From assembly GCA_013265495.1 (NCBI GenBank), contig MU058337.1:6926716-6990715 (forward strand): 64,000 nt of DNA. Direction: 5' to 3'. The DNA is from Vicugna vicugna. Its lineage: Eukaryota. The notes below the pieces were generated by a model. That model searched no databases and was not told the DNA's origin. It saw nothing but the letters and a program-made list of their open reading frames with translations. The position numbers and the translations under genes are program-made. This document shows, in pieces, positions 11,796-24,852 of the stretch. How positions within the stretch are numbered: position 1 is the first letter of the stretch; the number at the start of each line of letters is the position of its first letter.

Positions 11796-11957
11796 ATGGG
11801 TTGCACTACTAGTGTGATCCTGTTTAAAGGCATCCGCACCGTTTTTGAAAGAAACTGTGCTTATATGTGCAAACAGCAAGGAGAGAATAATGCCCTTGAA
11901 TTCACAGCATACAGTTGGACAAAAGAAGATTCAGAACTATTGATCTCCTCCTGTCTG
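11796..11957 (+). CDS. DOCK9: DOCK9 alternative first coding exon, MGCTTSVILFKGIRTVFERNCAYMCKQQGENNALEFTAYSWTKEDSELLISSCL (54 aa)
   Basis: gggATGG Kozak at 11796; phase-0 donor CTG|GTAAAT at 11958; peptide matches my recollection of the mouse Dock9 N-terminus (MGCTTSVILFKGIRTVFERNCAYMCKQ...ELLISSCL followed by AKPKLIE). Confidence 0.85.
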
Positions 11958-13539
11958 GTAAATTCTGCCTCTTAATTAACAAGTAGTAGTTTAATGATGT
12001 TAGAATAAACTAGTCTTTGCTTGTAAAGCAAATGTGTTTAATTATTTCCATTTGCTTATATATATGTAGCCTGTGTGTATAAATGGGTAATTAGTGGCCT
12101 TAAGTTTAAATTATGAGGTGCCTGCTGGTATGTGTGAGAATGTCATGTGTTAATCAAGCTGAAATACATTCAGAAAGAGCAGCTGGAGTAAGATATTTGA
12201 TTACAGAACAGTTTTCTAAGTTAGCGTTATGAGCTTACGTGTTCTTGGTATAGTCCCAGGAATAACACTGGCAAAGCCTGTATTTAGGGCATTATATATT
12301 GAACCCTCTACCTGTGATGGTGAATTATTCAGTCCCTTTACCTCTTAGCCTTTTACTTGTCTAGATTTTCCTTACTAATAGCTTGTGGTCAGTCCTTCGA
12401 TTCAGGCGGAGAAATTTAAAGGGAACATGAAAGAAAACTGTAATGGGTGTGAGAAAAATATTTATAGTTTTATTATTTTAAATCCAACTTTTTATAATGT
12501 TTTTGAGTGAAGGCTCTTGAGTAAAAGGAACCTTAGCTGACACTTCTGCGTCTTTTCCTCCTTTTCTGATGCCCAAGGAGGCGTCAAGTCACAGATGGGT
12601 GTGCCTCTCCATGGCCTTTTCACAAATGCCAGACTCATGGGAAAGCTACATATTGGTGTCCTCCCTCAGGATGCCTTGCCATTTTCCTTTTTGTTCTTAT
12701 CACAGTTTTTGTCAGAACGAGCAGGGGATAATACTCGTGGGAGTTTCTGTGTGTGAGACTGGCCAGCAGGCTCTTGGTGTGGGGAGGGCAGGGCGTGTGG
12801 AAACCCCGAAACCTTTCCTGGCTGTTAGTCCATCCGAGACTGAGAGGGCGTCCTGGCGTGCCCTGCGTACCTCAGGATCAGAGCAGGTCACCCCAACCTT
12901 GCTGGGGCCCCAAGAGAGGATGCATTTTGTGGGGAGGCTTAGGCGATGTTGGCTCTCAAAATCCCTGGGAGGAAGAAAAGGAGAGCATCACGCAGGCGTC
13001 AGATGCATTTTGGAAGCAGTGAGCATTACGTGTGGGGATGGAATTTAAGTGGTGCTGTTTTAACTATTAAATATTTTAAACTCTGATATATTTTGGGATA
13101 TGCTTTTGAGAATGTCTGCTATCAGACATTGGAAGGACTAGCTCATTTCAGTGTCTGTCCCATTAGTGTAATCCATAACCCTGACAGCCCCAGGACTGCT
13201 GGGCTCATGATGCCAGCGCCTCTCCCATGCCACTGCTTCTGCCCCCTCAGGCTGCACCTCCTTGTGTTTGGTTAACCTGCCTTTGAGAGACTCTGCTTGT
13301 TTTTCCTTTTCTTTTATTGCATTTAGGAAATACATACCTGCCAGAGGCTTGGTTGGTACTCTGGGACTGGATTCTGAAACGCTGCTCCTGTACCTTGGGT
13401 TGGTTGCTCTCTGCCACCACCCCTTCCTGCACCAGCAGACCCAGAGAGATGCCAGGAGCATGCATGCATGTGGCCAAGGTGCTGTGGGTGGAAAGATGCC
13501 CCCCCCCCCCGATGGATCTCCCTGCCTCTGTCCTTGACT

Positions 13540-14078
13540 CTACAGCCTCTTCTCTATGCTGCAGACAGTGGTCCTTTGAAAAGGAAAGCCAGATCATCCT
13601 TATTCTGCTCAGGGTCAGATCCAGAATCCTTACAGTGGCTTCCAGGTCCTTCCCCAACATGCCCACTGCTCCCTACTTCTTCCTCACACTCCTCATTCCT
13701 TACTCTCTCTGGCCTCTTCTCCTGGGATTTCCATCCAGACATTGACCTGGTCCACCATTGGCCTCCTGCAAGGCTTTGCTCATATTTCCCCTTCGTGTCG
13801 AGACGTCCTTGACCACCGGTGTAATCCTGCAGCACCCCCAGCACACCTTCTCTGTGTCCCTGCCATGGTTTCTTCATAACATTGATCTCACCTGATACAC
13901 AGCTAGGCAAGAGTAATAGCATAAGTACAGTGATAGTAATTCATGGTACATATTCATAGTGTGTACACGGGAATAAGATCTGTGATGGCAGGGATTTTTG
14001 TCTGTTTTACTCACTGCTCTGCCCCAGCAGCTGGAACAATACCTGATTTGTAGCAAGTGCTCAGTTAATGAGTGAATT
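13540..14078 (+). mobile_element. L2 3' fragment
   Basis: Ends ggcagggatttttgtctgttttactcactgct...aagtgctcagttaatgagtgaat. Confidence 0.75.
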
Positions 14079-14852
14079 CTGGTGAAATAGTTTTATGATC
14101 TTGAATTTGAACTTGGAGAAGCTGTGGACAAAGATAGGTTATGGTCTAAAACCAGTCTTTTGTCCAAGAGTTTTTGTCCTGGAGCTACCCTGAGAAGTTG
14201 CATGGTCCAAGGCTGGCCATTGCATGGGTTTGCTATGATCCTGAGTGACAGTTGATGACACTGTCTTTGGTTATTGTCCAGACTAGCTCTGTTGAGACCC
14301 ATTCCATGACATAGGCATTTGGGGACCTTCTCATCTTTTGGTCTGACCCAGCCAAACCCTTCATTAAGGGAGCCCTGCCTATTGGCACTCCCTTGGGCCT
14401 CCTCCATGCAAAGTAGGCTGACCTTCTCATCAGGCAGATGCATTTCCCTGTCAGGCTTGTCAGCCTTGGTCGGGAGGGTGTCTGTCCTTCTTCTAGCTCA
14501 GGTGGTGACTCCAGCCCGTGGCTCTGCCTTCACTGTCAGCAGGTCCAAGCTGTACTCACCTGCTCCTCAGAGTATAACCCCCATCCGGCCACTCATTGCA
14601 TAACAAACCTTGTGGAAGAAAAGTAATATTCACAAGGCCACTCTTCTTTGAGACACTCTAAATAGCCCAGATATCTGCCCATCTATCAGAAACCCCATGC
14701 GTGGACTGCGTCCTTTTGGCCTCAGTAGAATTGCTGCTCCTGAACTAAGTTTTGTGTTTTCTTCTTGTGCACACTGAAGGGCATCATCATGAAAGTGATG
14801 TCTACCCTGAGGGTGCTGTTGAGGGCACTCAGGTCACTTGCTTTCGTAACAG

Positions 14853-15108
14853 TGAGAGGCACTGTAGTGTGGTGGCGAAGAGTGTCAACTCTGGAGCCAG
14901 CCTTCAGGGTTTGAATCCCCAATCCACAACTTGCTAGCTGTGTGACTTGGGGCAGTTTACTTAACCTCTCTGTTCCTCAGTGTCCTTATCCATTCAATGC
15001 AGATAATAATAGTACTTACCTCATAGCGTTATTAAATGAGTGAATATGTCTAAAATTCTTAGGACAGAATGTACATTAGTGCTGATTGTTAGCAGTTATT
15101 GTAATTAT
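14853..15108 (+). mobile_element. MIR SINE
   Basis: Core gctgtgtgacttggggcagtttacttaacctctctgttcctcagt...ataatagtacttacctcatag. Confidence 0.88.
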
Positions 15109-16102
15109 ATCTATTTTTCAGTGTTTCTTTTATGAGGAGCCCTGGAAGAAATTTCTTCTCTCCATGCTCTGACTTCTGTGCTTTTCCTAAGGAACTACTT
15201 AGTTTTTATTTTGTATAATTATGATTCATATAACTGACCTCAGCTACCTCTTCAGCTGGTTCTTAAAAGAAAGCCTAGTTCCACACATATGACTGGATTC
15301 TAACAGGTAGGTAGGTTCTTTCAAAATGATTTGCTTTGTATTCCCTTAAACTTTGCCTCTTATTTTCCTGGATTACTATTTTATCACTGTCAGCTGTTTC
15401 TCTTTTAATCTTCTTCTGTATGTATTTACGTAAATCACTTTAAATCCTTTTGGAACAAAGCAGAGTATGAATTAATAAGCTAATAGAGAAATATTTAGTG
15501 AAGAAAAAGTCTTTAGGTTGGCTCTGAAGCAAAATCAGATGTCTTTTAATGTTAATTTAATTCCATAAAAATCTTACTAAGTTTGCTTTTTTTTCTTTTA
15601 CATTTCATTCTAACATACAAGTTGCATGCATTCTGGTTATTGTTGTTTGTGCCAAATGCTAAATCGGAAGTAAGACATTTTTATATAATTCAGTTAGCAC
15701 TTTTGTGTTACATTGTTAAACATTGTTATCTGTTACCTAAAAATTACGTGGGTGATTTTAAAAAAAATTTTTAGTATAGCTGATTAAAAATCAGGTATCT
15801 TGAGTGCAGACATTAACTTTATAAGCCTGCAGCTTTGTGATCTCAGACAGAAAGGTTCTTTTAATGTCTAAAAGGCATGAATCAGCCCCATGGTGGGTAG
15901 TGCACAGGGAAGAGGGCTTATCTGGTGATTGTGGACTGACTGAATTTCAAGTGTACCACACTTAAATTTTGATGAGTAATTCTACCACAATGGAGGGGCA
16001 AGGCTGAGTTGGGATAGATTTTATTCCTGAGTATAGATTTTTCCTAAAGTCTCTCTTTTCTAATTCATGGAATGTGCAGCTCATTCAAGAAACACCCTCG
16101 AG

Positions 16103-16231
16103 GAGGGGAGGTTATAGCTCAAGTCGTAGAGTGCATGCTTAGTGTACACAAGGTCCTGGGTTCAATCCCAGTACCTCTTAAGAATAAATAAATCAGTAAA
16201 CCTAATTACTTCCCCCTACTAAAAATAAAAA
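16103..16231 (+). mobile_element. Camelid tRNA-derived SINE (Vic-1 type)
   Basis: Box A tatagctcaagtcgtagag; box B gggttcaatccc; aaacctaattacttcccc body; A tail; 16-bp TSD aagaaacaccctcgag / aagaaatatcctcgag. Confidence 0.88.
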
Positions 16232-16254
16232 AAGAAATATCCTCGAGTGCTTCC

Positions 16255-16390
16255 TTGTGTGCGGGTGCCGGGCGTCCACTTCCCTGCTGGGGCGGCTGAC
16301 CCCGGCGCGGGGCTGGGGGCCCTGTTGGAGGGCAGGAGCGCACAGCGCAGGCGCCTTCCATGCGGACAGGCAGCTTGAGCTGAGTCAAAA
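16255..16390. promoter_or_regulatory. Small CpG-rich patch, candidate enhancer
   Basis: Dense CpGs; CACTTCC (ETS-like), GGGGCGG (GC box), TGAGTCA (AP-1) at 16381. Confidence 0.35.
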
Positions 16391-17696
16391 GACTTGTAAA
16401 TACCGTTTCTTTCCTTGTCTGCGAAGGGTTGTGCCCAGCTGGCCCTGTTGACTAGGACTTGCCCAGTTTCACTGACAGCCAGTAAAAGCTCTTCCTCTAA
16501 GCGTGTCTGTAGGTGGCAGAACTAAGGAGCCGCATGATGATTCTGTGCCGTGTTTGTTCTCTTTCTGCCAATTCTTAACTGACGTGGAGGAAGACCCTCA
16601 GTTACAACTTTGGCAGAAGCTAAGTCTCTGACCACAGAGGGCACTGCTGGAGGTCACAAGGGGAGAAAACAAACTTTCTCGTCTGCCATTTCTTTTGACA
16701 TGTTGGGAGACTATAGTGATATTTTACACCATTGTATATTAATAGTTAATCTTTTTTTCTTACTTCCTTAAAGCTTTTACGTTTTTCTGTTACAAGATTT
16801 GCTGCGCGTCTTCAGCCTGTTGTCTGTCTTTGTTGCTGTGTATCATCTTACCAGCCCGCTTCAGTCCCCCAGGCTCAACAGTCCTTCCTAACATGAAACA
16901 CCTTACTGACTATGAAAGTCCTTTGGTTTCACACGTGCACTGTGCAGAGAGAGCAGAGTTGAAGGCCATGTGATCACAAGAGCCTGCAGTCCTGCTTGTG
17001 CGTGTCTGCGTGGCAGTGGGGAGGGGTGGACGTAGGAGTGTAAGGGGCAGTAATAGTATAATCAGTGACCGGTGTGCCAGACACGGTGAGGGGGTGTGAG
17101 TGAAAAGTGATACAATACTTGTCAGCTTGAGGCAGTGGGGAAAGTAAAGGCTGGATCTTGATTATTTTAGGTGTTCTCTCATAACCATTTCTTGTGCTGT
17201 TGTAACTGCCTTGAGGTGTAAGAAAGCAGAAACCTGCTTGGCTGCCTTCTGGAACATTCCTTTGGTTCTAGGTCCAATCATGGGACCATGCCTTTGGGTA
17301 GGCTGTGTTTTCTATTTTATTTCTAATATCCTTCCTAATGATGCCCAGTGGATTTTGTTGCCTATTTTGATCACAGCTGTGAATTGGGCTAATGTTTTCA
17401 AGGAACTGTCTGCTCTGATTCCTAGATCGATTTCCTGTGTCCTGAGATTTCATTGCTCTATTTGACGCTGCTTTTTGAGAGTGCAGCCAGCATGAGCTAG
17501 CACGAGAGGGTATTGTACCTTTCCCCAGTGCTTTTAAAAAATTTACCATCTTTTTAATATTTATTAAATTACAACCAGGAAATTAACATTTATTGTAGAA
17601 ACTAAGCGTTCTGTATTTACTACACAGAGGTAACCACTGATATAAACATTTTGAGACCAAAACGTTCTAGAGTTTCATCCATGTATAGCATTGTTC

Positions 17697-17701
<5 letters not shown>

Positions 17702-17730
<29 letters not shown>
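17702..17730. repeat. (TG)14 microsatellite
   Basis: Direct reading. Confidence 0.95.
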
Positions 17731-17733
<3 letters not shown>

Positions 17734-17741
17734 AAATAAGT

Positions 17742-18110
17742 TGCAGTTGACTAAATTGTGTCATCCTCTCACCCCCAATTCATACATTGAAGCCCTAATC
17801 CACAGTGTGATTGCATCTGGAAATAGAGTCTTTAGGAAATAAATTAGATGAGGTCATAGGGTGGGATCCTAATCTGATGGGATTGTAGTCTTCTAGGAAG
17901 AGTAAGAGATCTCTCTCTCTCCCTCTCTCTGCCCTGTGAACACACAAGAAGGCAGCTGATTGCAAACCAGGATGAGTATCCGTACCAGGAACTGACTGTG
18001 CTGGCACCCTAACCTTGAATTTCAGCCTCTAGACCTGTAAAATAAACTTCTGTTGTTTAACCAACTTAGTCTATGGTATTTTGTTATGGCAGCCCAAGCT
18101 GACTAATACA
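17742..18110 (+). mobile_element. MaLR solo LTR (MLT1A-like)
   Basis: gaggtcatagggtggg...aataaacttctgttgttt...ggtattttgttatggcagcccaagctgactaataca terminus. Confidence 0.88.
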
Positions 18111-18237
18111 TGACAATAAACATGTTATTTTGTTTTATAGTCTTATTACTTGCTTTAAATAGACTCACAAACATCTTTCCATGTCAGTGAGTATATATTT
18201 ATGTCTCATTCTCAATGGTGTCATTTCATTGTATGGA

Positions 18238-18560
18238 TGTGCCTTAGTTAATTTGGGCTGCTGTAACAGAATGCTGTAAACTGGGTACCTTACCCATGAC
18301 AGACGTTTACTTCTCACAGTTCTGGAGGCTGGGGTCCAAGATCAGGGCATCTACAGACTTGGTGTCTGGTGAGGACCCATTTCCTTGTTCCTAGATGGAT
18401 TTTTTTTCTCACTGTAAGGACAGGGCAAGGGATCTCTCTGGGGCACCTTATTCCCTTCATGAGGCCTCCACCCCCAAAGGTCTCCCCTCCAAACACCATC
18501 ACATTCAGAATTAGGTTTCAACATACGAATTTTGAGGAGACACAAACATTCACACGCAGG
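18238..18560 (-). mobile_element. MaLR solo LTR (MLT1A-like), opposite orientation
   Basis: tgtgccttagtt...gggctgctgtaacagaat...ctcacagttctggaggctgg...ggtttcaacatacgaattttg. Confidence 0.88.
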
Positions 18561-19299
18561 AAGTGATATACTGACTATACCATTTTTTTTCCAACTGTAA
18601 ATGTTGTCATAAACATCTTTGCTTATGTACTTTAAACAGTTGTCCAGTTATTTTCCTAGCACAGACTTCTAGACCTGGAATAAGGTCACAGAATATTTGC
18701 TTTTTAAAGTATATATATATGTGTGTGTATGTATGTGTATATATATGTGTGTGTGTACACATACATATATGTATAGCAGGATTGCCCTCCAGAAATACTG
18801 TTTTGAGATTTTTAAAAATTGAAGACAAGAAAATTTGTTTTTTTCCCCTTGTGACTTTAAGTTGTTTGCTTTCATTGTTGCACTTTATTAAGCTGTTGAC
18901 AGAGTTATCTGCTGAACAGAATAATGTCGACTTAGATTGCTGTATACTTAGATATTAACATAGTTAACCCGGGATTCAAACTAGCACTAATTTTGCCTCA
19001 ATTCTGGAAGAATGACCACCAGCATTCCTAAGTATCCCAGGAGAATTCTGAAATGTTCCATTGTTGGGGCTGGAGTGTGTTTGTTCTGGGAGGTCTTCGG
19101 ACTTTTAAAGTTAGTAGCTGCCTCATAGATGTCAGAAATAGCAGCAGAAATACTGAGTAGAAATAGTTGAGTAAGGCTGTTATTGCTTTGCTCAACTTAC
19201 TTTTCAGATACTCAAAGTAGCTGATTTATGTTTCTTCCACAGATTTGGTGAGAAGTAATGGCTTTTTTACCTTTTTAAAAGTAACATTGATTATCTTTC

Positions 19300-20110
19300 A
19301 TATTTAGAATACATAATTATCATAGAAAATTTAGAGACTACAGAGAAGAATAAAGAGGAAAACAAAAATCAGTCATAATCTTATTGGCCAGAAATAATTA
19401 CTGATAATTACTGCTTAACATGTAGTTTTCTGCTCCTTATGCAACTATAAAATATGGTATAATAGTCCACAAATAATCCCAATGCCTTTTTCATTTACCA
19501 TTTTCTTATGACCATGTTCTTACACCCATAATGTTCTGCTAACACTATTTAATATGTGCATAATATTCCATTGTAATATATGTACTAAAATTTATTTAAA
19601 TGCTTTTTTCTTGTTAGGCATTTAGGTTATTATAAATTAAGCTCACTAAGGATGTCTTTATTCCCAAGTCTTTTGTGGAGCTATAATTATTTTCATAGGC
19701 TAGATTCATAAACATAAACTTGTTAAGGCAGGAATAAATATTTTAAAGGCTCTTTAAGGCATACTGTTTTATTGTTTGATGATTGATCCAGGTTACATTC
19801 CCTGAGCCAGTGACTGTTAATCTTGTTTAATGTATGATGATTGCCAGCATCATTTTTGCCAATTTGGGAGACAAAAGATATAATTTCCAAGCTCCAAATC
19901 GTTTGTTATGTATATTTCAAGTATTTCTTCTTTTCACCATTTGCCTTTAATTCTGTTTACTTGGTTTATTGTTCTAGTTTTACTAACAGAAATTTAAATG
20001 TGTGTAATAAGCATAGTAGTCTTTCCCTCACTGATTTCTTCCATCACTTTCATGCTTAGAAATTCTTGCTTATCTCAGATCAGATATTTACCAGTGTTTT
20101 CTTTGGGAAT
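19300..20110 (-). mobile_element. Ancient L1ME-like fragment
   Basis: Degenerate antisense L1 3' motifs (tagaaaatttagag...gaaaacaaaaatca; taatattccattgt; ggcatttaggtt). Confidence 0.55.
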
Positions 20111-20159
20111 TTATTTGCGTGTTTATTTATTTATTTACTATTTGGTTATTTCATCCAAG

Positions 20160-20338
20160 GAAACTGCTTGCCACCTGGTTTTATAAATAAAGTTTTATTG
20201 GCATAAAGCCACACTGTTTTGTTTTCATGTTGTCTATAACTTCTTTCATAGTAGTTTCAACAAAGATCTATAATATTTACTAGCTGGCTTAAAATATTTT
20301 TTAGCAGACCCTTTACAGAAAAGTTTGCAGACTCCTGC
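20160..20338. mobile_element. MER58A-like hAT-Charlie MITE
   Basis: ttttataaataaagttttattgg...ccctttacagaaaagtttgcagactcctg. Confidence 0.75.
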
Positions 20339-21649
20339 TTTAGTCAGCCTAGAATTTATTTGATGTATGGTTTAGTTGAGACCCTGACTTGATTCCCTCC
20401 TTACCCTCAGCACTCATTTTTCCCAGTCCTGTATTTTGAATAATCCATTCCTTACTCATTGATTTGTGATCCTACTTTCACTATGTTTTATGTTCCTTTA
20501 TATACTATGTTTTGTTTTGGTACTATTCTTTTTGTCCGTTATAGAAGCAAAGTTCTTTACTCCAACTGTGTTCAATTGTAATTTAGTAAAAATGGAAACA
20601 AATTTAAAGAGAGAAACATGAATTCTACATTTTTAAGATAGAATAAGCAGACTGTACTGCATAAGTTGCTGAATTAAGTAGTCTTATAAAGCATACATTG
20701 CTAAAGATTCCAGGGGCAAAGGGTTAAGGATTGAGTGTAAAGTATTCATCTAGATTTGTTTCCTTGGGAAGTAGCCTGCTCATAACATAGATCAAGCTTG
20801 TCTTTATAAGGACTCTCTGGTGCATTTTGATGAAAGAAAAATTCCATTGTGGCAGCTGCATCCTCAAGTAGCCTTGATCTGAATCTACATTTTTTGAGTA
20901 TCCGGTCTTTGCTAACAAAAGGAGTCCCGGCAAAATATAAGCAGAGGCACTCCCAGAGTTCCCAACTGATTGTATTTGTGTCTGCAGGAAATATATCTGT
21001 ATCTTAGTAGATGGAGAGTGAATTCTAGTTTTTCTTTTATATGTTACATGAATTCTAAAGATAGTAATTTCCTTCCCTACCTACATTTTGTGTGAGTGTA
21101 AGTTTTGAATATGCATGTGTCTGTGTGTTCATCTCTGTGTGACTGTGTATTTGTGTATATATGTATTTTTTTGTTGTCACTTTAGTACTGAAATTGGCTA
21201 AAGGGATACTTTACTTTTTTCAGATGTCAGTGAACAATCCAGGGCTTTATCCTAGGATATACTTCAATAAACATTTGTTTCCCTGCCAAGGAAAAAGCCA
21301 TATCCTAGAAAACTGAAGTAGATGTGACTTGTGAGCCTAAGCAAAGGGATGTGGAGCTCGCTGCCAATGAACGGGTTTGCCTTCTCTTCTGGAATAGGTT
21401 CTGCATTTACAGGGTCTGTGTGATGAGAATTGGCTTACAGTTGTAAGGTGTGGGCTGGGTGGCAGTCATGTACGCTAAATAGTGTTACCTTGCTGCACAT
21501 CTGGTATTCCTTATGTTTACTAGCCTATGAAATTGACAACAGCATCGCCAAAGACTTAGTCTTACAAGTTACTCTTAGTTCTCTAAGCTTCCTCTTTATT
21601 GGAGAGCAGTCAGAAGAGAACCCTGAAACTGTTTCCTTGATTTTTCCCC

Positions 21650-22411
21650 TCTTCTGGGAAAACTATTTCCTCTCCTCATAGCACCTCTGACACCAAATGT
21701 GTGGGGTTTTCCCTTCACATTTAAGAACTGGGACACTAACCGTCCGCACTTAGTGCCGATCCCATAGGTTAAAAAGGGCTTAGTCCACAAGACTTACCCC
21801 ACTTCATGTATCCCCAGGTTGTCACCTGTGTTTCTCACCAGTCAGCTGTAGATCAGGGTTCCTACGACCCCCTCCTGGGATTCTATAATTTGCTAGAATG
21901 GCTCACAGAACTCAGGGATACACTTCACTTACTATTGCTGGTTGTTAAAGAGTACAACTCAGGAACAGCCAAATGGAGGAGAAGCACAGAGCAAGGTGTG
22001 TGGGGAAGGGCTTGGAGTTTTCATGCCCTCTCCAGCCGTGCAACTCTCCGACACCTCTGTTTACCAGTCCAGAAGCTCTCCAAACCCCTGTGTTCCTGGT
22101 TTTTATGGAGTCATGGCTGATTCAGACATTGGCAATTGGTTACTGAACTCAGTCTCCAACCCTTCCCTCCTGGGAGGTCAGGGAGCAGAGCTGAAAGACA
22201 GAACTCTCTATTCATAGGATTGGTTCCTTTGGTGACCAGCCCCTCCTCCTATAAGTCATCTTATCAGCATAAACTCAGGTATGATTGAAAGGGGTTTATT
22301 ATGTATAATGGGATACTCCTCATCCCTGTCACTCAGGAATTATAGGAGTTTTAGAAGCTCTGTGCCAGGAGCCAGGGCAGAGACCAAATGCATATTTCTT
22401 ATTATGTCACA
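21650..22411 (-). mobile_element. MER21-like LTR
   Basis: aatttgctagaatggctcacagaactcaggga; ends ccaaatgcatatttcttattatgtcaca (reverse complement of the MER21 5' end). Confidence 0.85.
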
Positions 22412-22499
22412 CCCAGTATCCCTTGGATGCCTGCTAATACAATGGTGAATAGCCACCTTTCCTACTCTTCGGAAGGCCTGGAGAACTCTTAAGTGGAAT

Positions 22500-23400
22500 A
22501 CAGGCTGTGATGGGGATAAGCCCAGCTACCATGAGAAAACCTGCAAGGGACTCCTAGCTCACCTTTGGGACAGAGTCAAGGAGGGCTTCTGGAGGAGGTG
22601 ATGTCTAACCTGAGTCTTGAAGGAAGAGAAGTTAACCAGCTGAAAGGATTGGAGAAGGACATTTCTGCAGAAAGAGTATAGCTCCAGGGAGGGAGAGCTG
22701 AGACCTCCTTGGAGCTGCTCTAATTCCCTAAGGCTGGAGGGGGCTTACTGGGCTGGAGGACAGTGGTGGAGGGACAGCGATGACCAGTGAGGCTGGAGAG
22801 GTAAGCAGGGGCCAGATCATGGTAGGTCTTTTGGAACTTTATTCCTTCCAGTTTTGAAGGGGAGCCATTTACTGAGGGTTTTAGAGAAGGAAAGACATGG
22901 TCAGACTGACGTTTTAGAAAATCTTTTATACTGTACAGATGATGGATTGGAGAAAGCGGGGTCTGAAGATGGTAAGACTAGTGAAGGAGGTCTCTGTGGC
23001 AGGATGATGGGTGAGGGTGACTTAGTTAAGGTAGGCGGTGGTGGAGATGGAGGGAAGCAGCTGGATTTACAAGAGACTTAAATGGGAGAGGAAGGAGTCA
23101 GGAGTGTTCAAATGTCTGCCTTGGGCACCTCCAGGGTGCCATCTACAGAGCTGGGGAACAGCTCATGTTGAAGGAATGAGTCTTGGGGTGGGGGGTGGAA
23201 TGGAGAGGAGGATTTCATTGTGAAACATCCAGAGTTTGATGTCAGGCACAATAAAGTGGAGGTGTCTGTACCTCTGTGGGCCATGACTTTTGGGGCTGTA
23301 GTTAGGATTGTGCATCCCATCTTGGTAAGGAAGGTATGGGAGTGGATGACTCCGGGTGGGAGTGCTCAGAGTACCAAGAGCCAAGGCCCTGGGAAGGGCA
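22500..23400 (-). mobile_element. L2 fragment
   Basis: ggcttctggaggaggtgatgtctaacctgagtcttgaagg; gaggctggagaggtaagcaggggccagatcat. Confidence 0.75.
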
Positions 23401-23745
23401 CAGGAAAAGGAGTTGAAATAGCTGTCCCCAGTTGAGAGGTCAGGGAGGTCGAGGATAGCGAGGTTTGCTTTTGGAAATGGAGTTATAGCCCCCGAAGTAC
23501 TCAGAGCTTGAGGAACTTTGCCTGCATGTGTTTAAGCCTCTCCCTCTAGTGCCCATACAGAGTTATCTCTACTATTCATAGAAACATTTAACCAGGTATG
23601 TACACAGTATCCTTCTTGCACAACAGACTTTCAAGGTGAGTATCCCCACTGCCCTTTAGAAGGGGCCCTGGGTGGAGTGGGGAAATAACTGATCACTGAA
23701 TAAAGCCATCCTCCCCCTCTTTCTTCTTCCCTCTCCCTCTATCAG

Positions 23746-23995
23746 AGTAGCTGACATTTACTGAGTGTTCACCAGTTATCGAGCACTGTTCTAAGCTCTT
23801 TATGTCTATTTACTCATTTAATCCTTATGACAACCCGGTGAGGTGGTCTTGTTACCTCTATTTTATAGCTGGGGAAACCGAACGAAGGAACGAAGAGGAA
23901 GGTGAATATTGTGTAAAATCATATGAGTAGTGTGTAACAAAGCTGGGATTCAGACCAGTCATTTAGTTCCAGAACCCTGTGCTTTAACATTGTGA
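23746..23995 (-). mobile_element. MIR SINE
   Basis: acatttactgagtg...ctcatttaatcctt...ttttatagctggggaaac...gctgggattcagacc. Confidence 0.8.
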
Positions 23996-24852
23996 AGTAG
24001 GGTCTCACCTTTTGGTAAAGCAAACGTAAATATTCAGACGAAGTCAAGCTGGGGTGTGGAAAAGTACTCAGAAATGAATTAACCCCATGACAGCGAGTAA
24101 AAAGAGTGAGAAAAAAGATGAGAGACAGAGATGGACAGGGAGCCGGGTCTGGCTTGGGAGATTAAACATCAGTAGAAAACAACTGGTGAATTCCACAAGA
24201 GGTCACAGGGTGGTGAGGACCAGCTGACCAGGGGCGACTGGGAAGGATGGAAGAGAAGGTGGCATTTCAAGGGGTTTTTGAAGGATAAACATAAACCCTG
24301 AAACGGTTAGAGTGTGGATGTGGGTGGGGAGGACCCGTAGCCAAGGGGACTGCGTGTTCGGGGTGTGCAGGGAATTCAGAACTGGATGACCAGTCTGTGA
24401 AGAGCTGCCTTGTGTGCTGAGCAGCCAGTGTTCCAGTCTGGAGGCCCTGGGCCCTGAGGTGGTTTAGGCCATCCTTCTCATGTCACAGTGGGGTTCAGAA
24501 TTAGAAAGGAAGAGACTAGAAGCAAGGGGACCAGGGGTGAAGTGAAAGCTCTGAGCCCCTAGAAAAACCCTCTGATGGAGGGGATGGAGGGAAAGGGTCA
24601 GACCGGAGGGATTTTTTTTTTTTTGGAGCTAGAATTAACCAACTGTTGCATTCTGGAAATGGATGAGAGAACATGAAATAACAGTGCCCAGGCTTTTGAC
24701 TTGGGAGGTGGTGATGCCACTAAATAAATGCAGACACAGAAGCGGGGGTAGTGTTAAGCACAGCTGGCGGAAAGCAGAGGGGGAGGAGAGGAGCGGATCC
24801 TGAGTTCACTGTTAGTCTTGCCGTGTTCAAGTGCCCATGGAACCTGCAGGTC

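Noticed and set aside
12569..13048. 159-aa ORF, and similar ORFs at 26748, 50639 and 52001
   Set aside because: No recognisable homology or convincing splice architecture; lengths expected by chance in 64 kb
14100..14700. Compositionally distinct ~600 bp block that may be an ancient repeat
   Set aside because: Could not assign termini, TSD or family; needs a Dfam search
16103..16175. tRNA-like sequences here and at 43231-43308 as functional tRNA genes
   Set aside because: Followed by a SINE body and A-rich tail and flanked by TSDs; they are SINE heads
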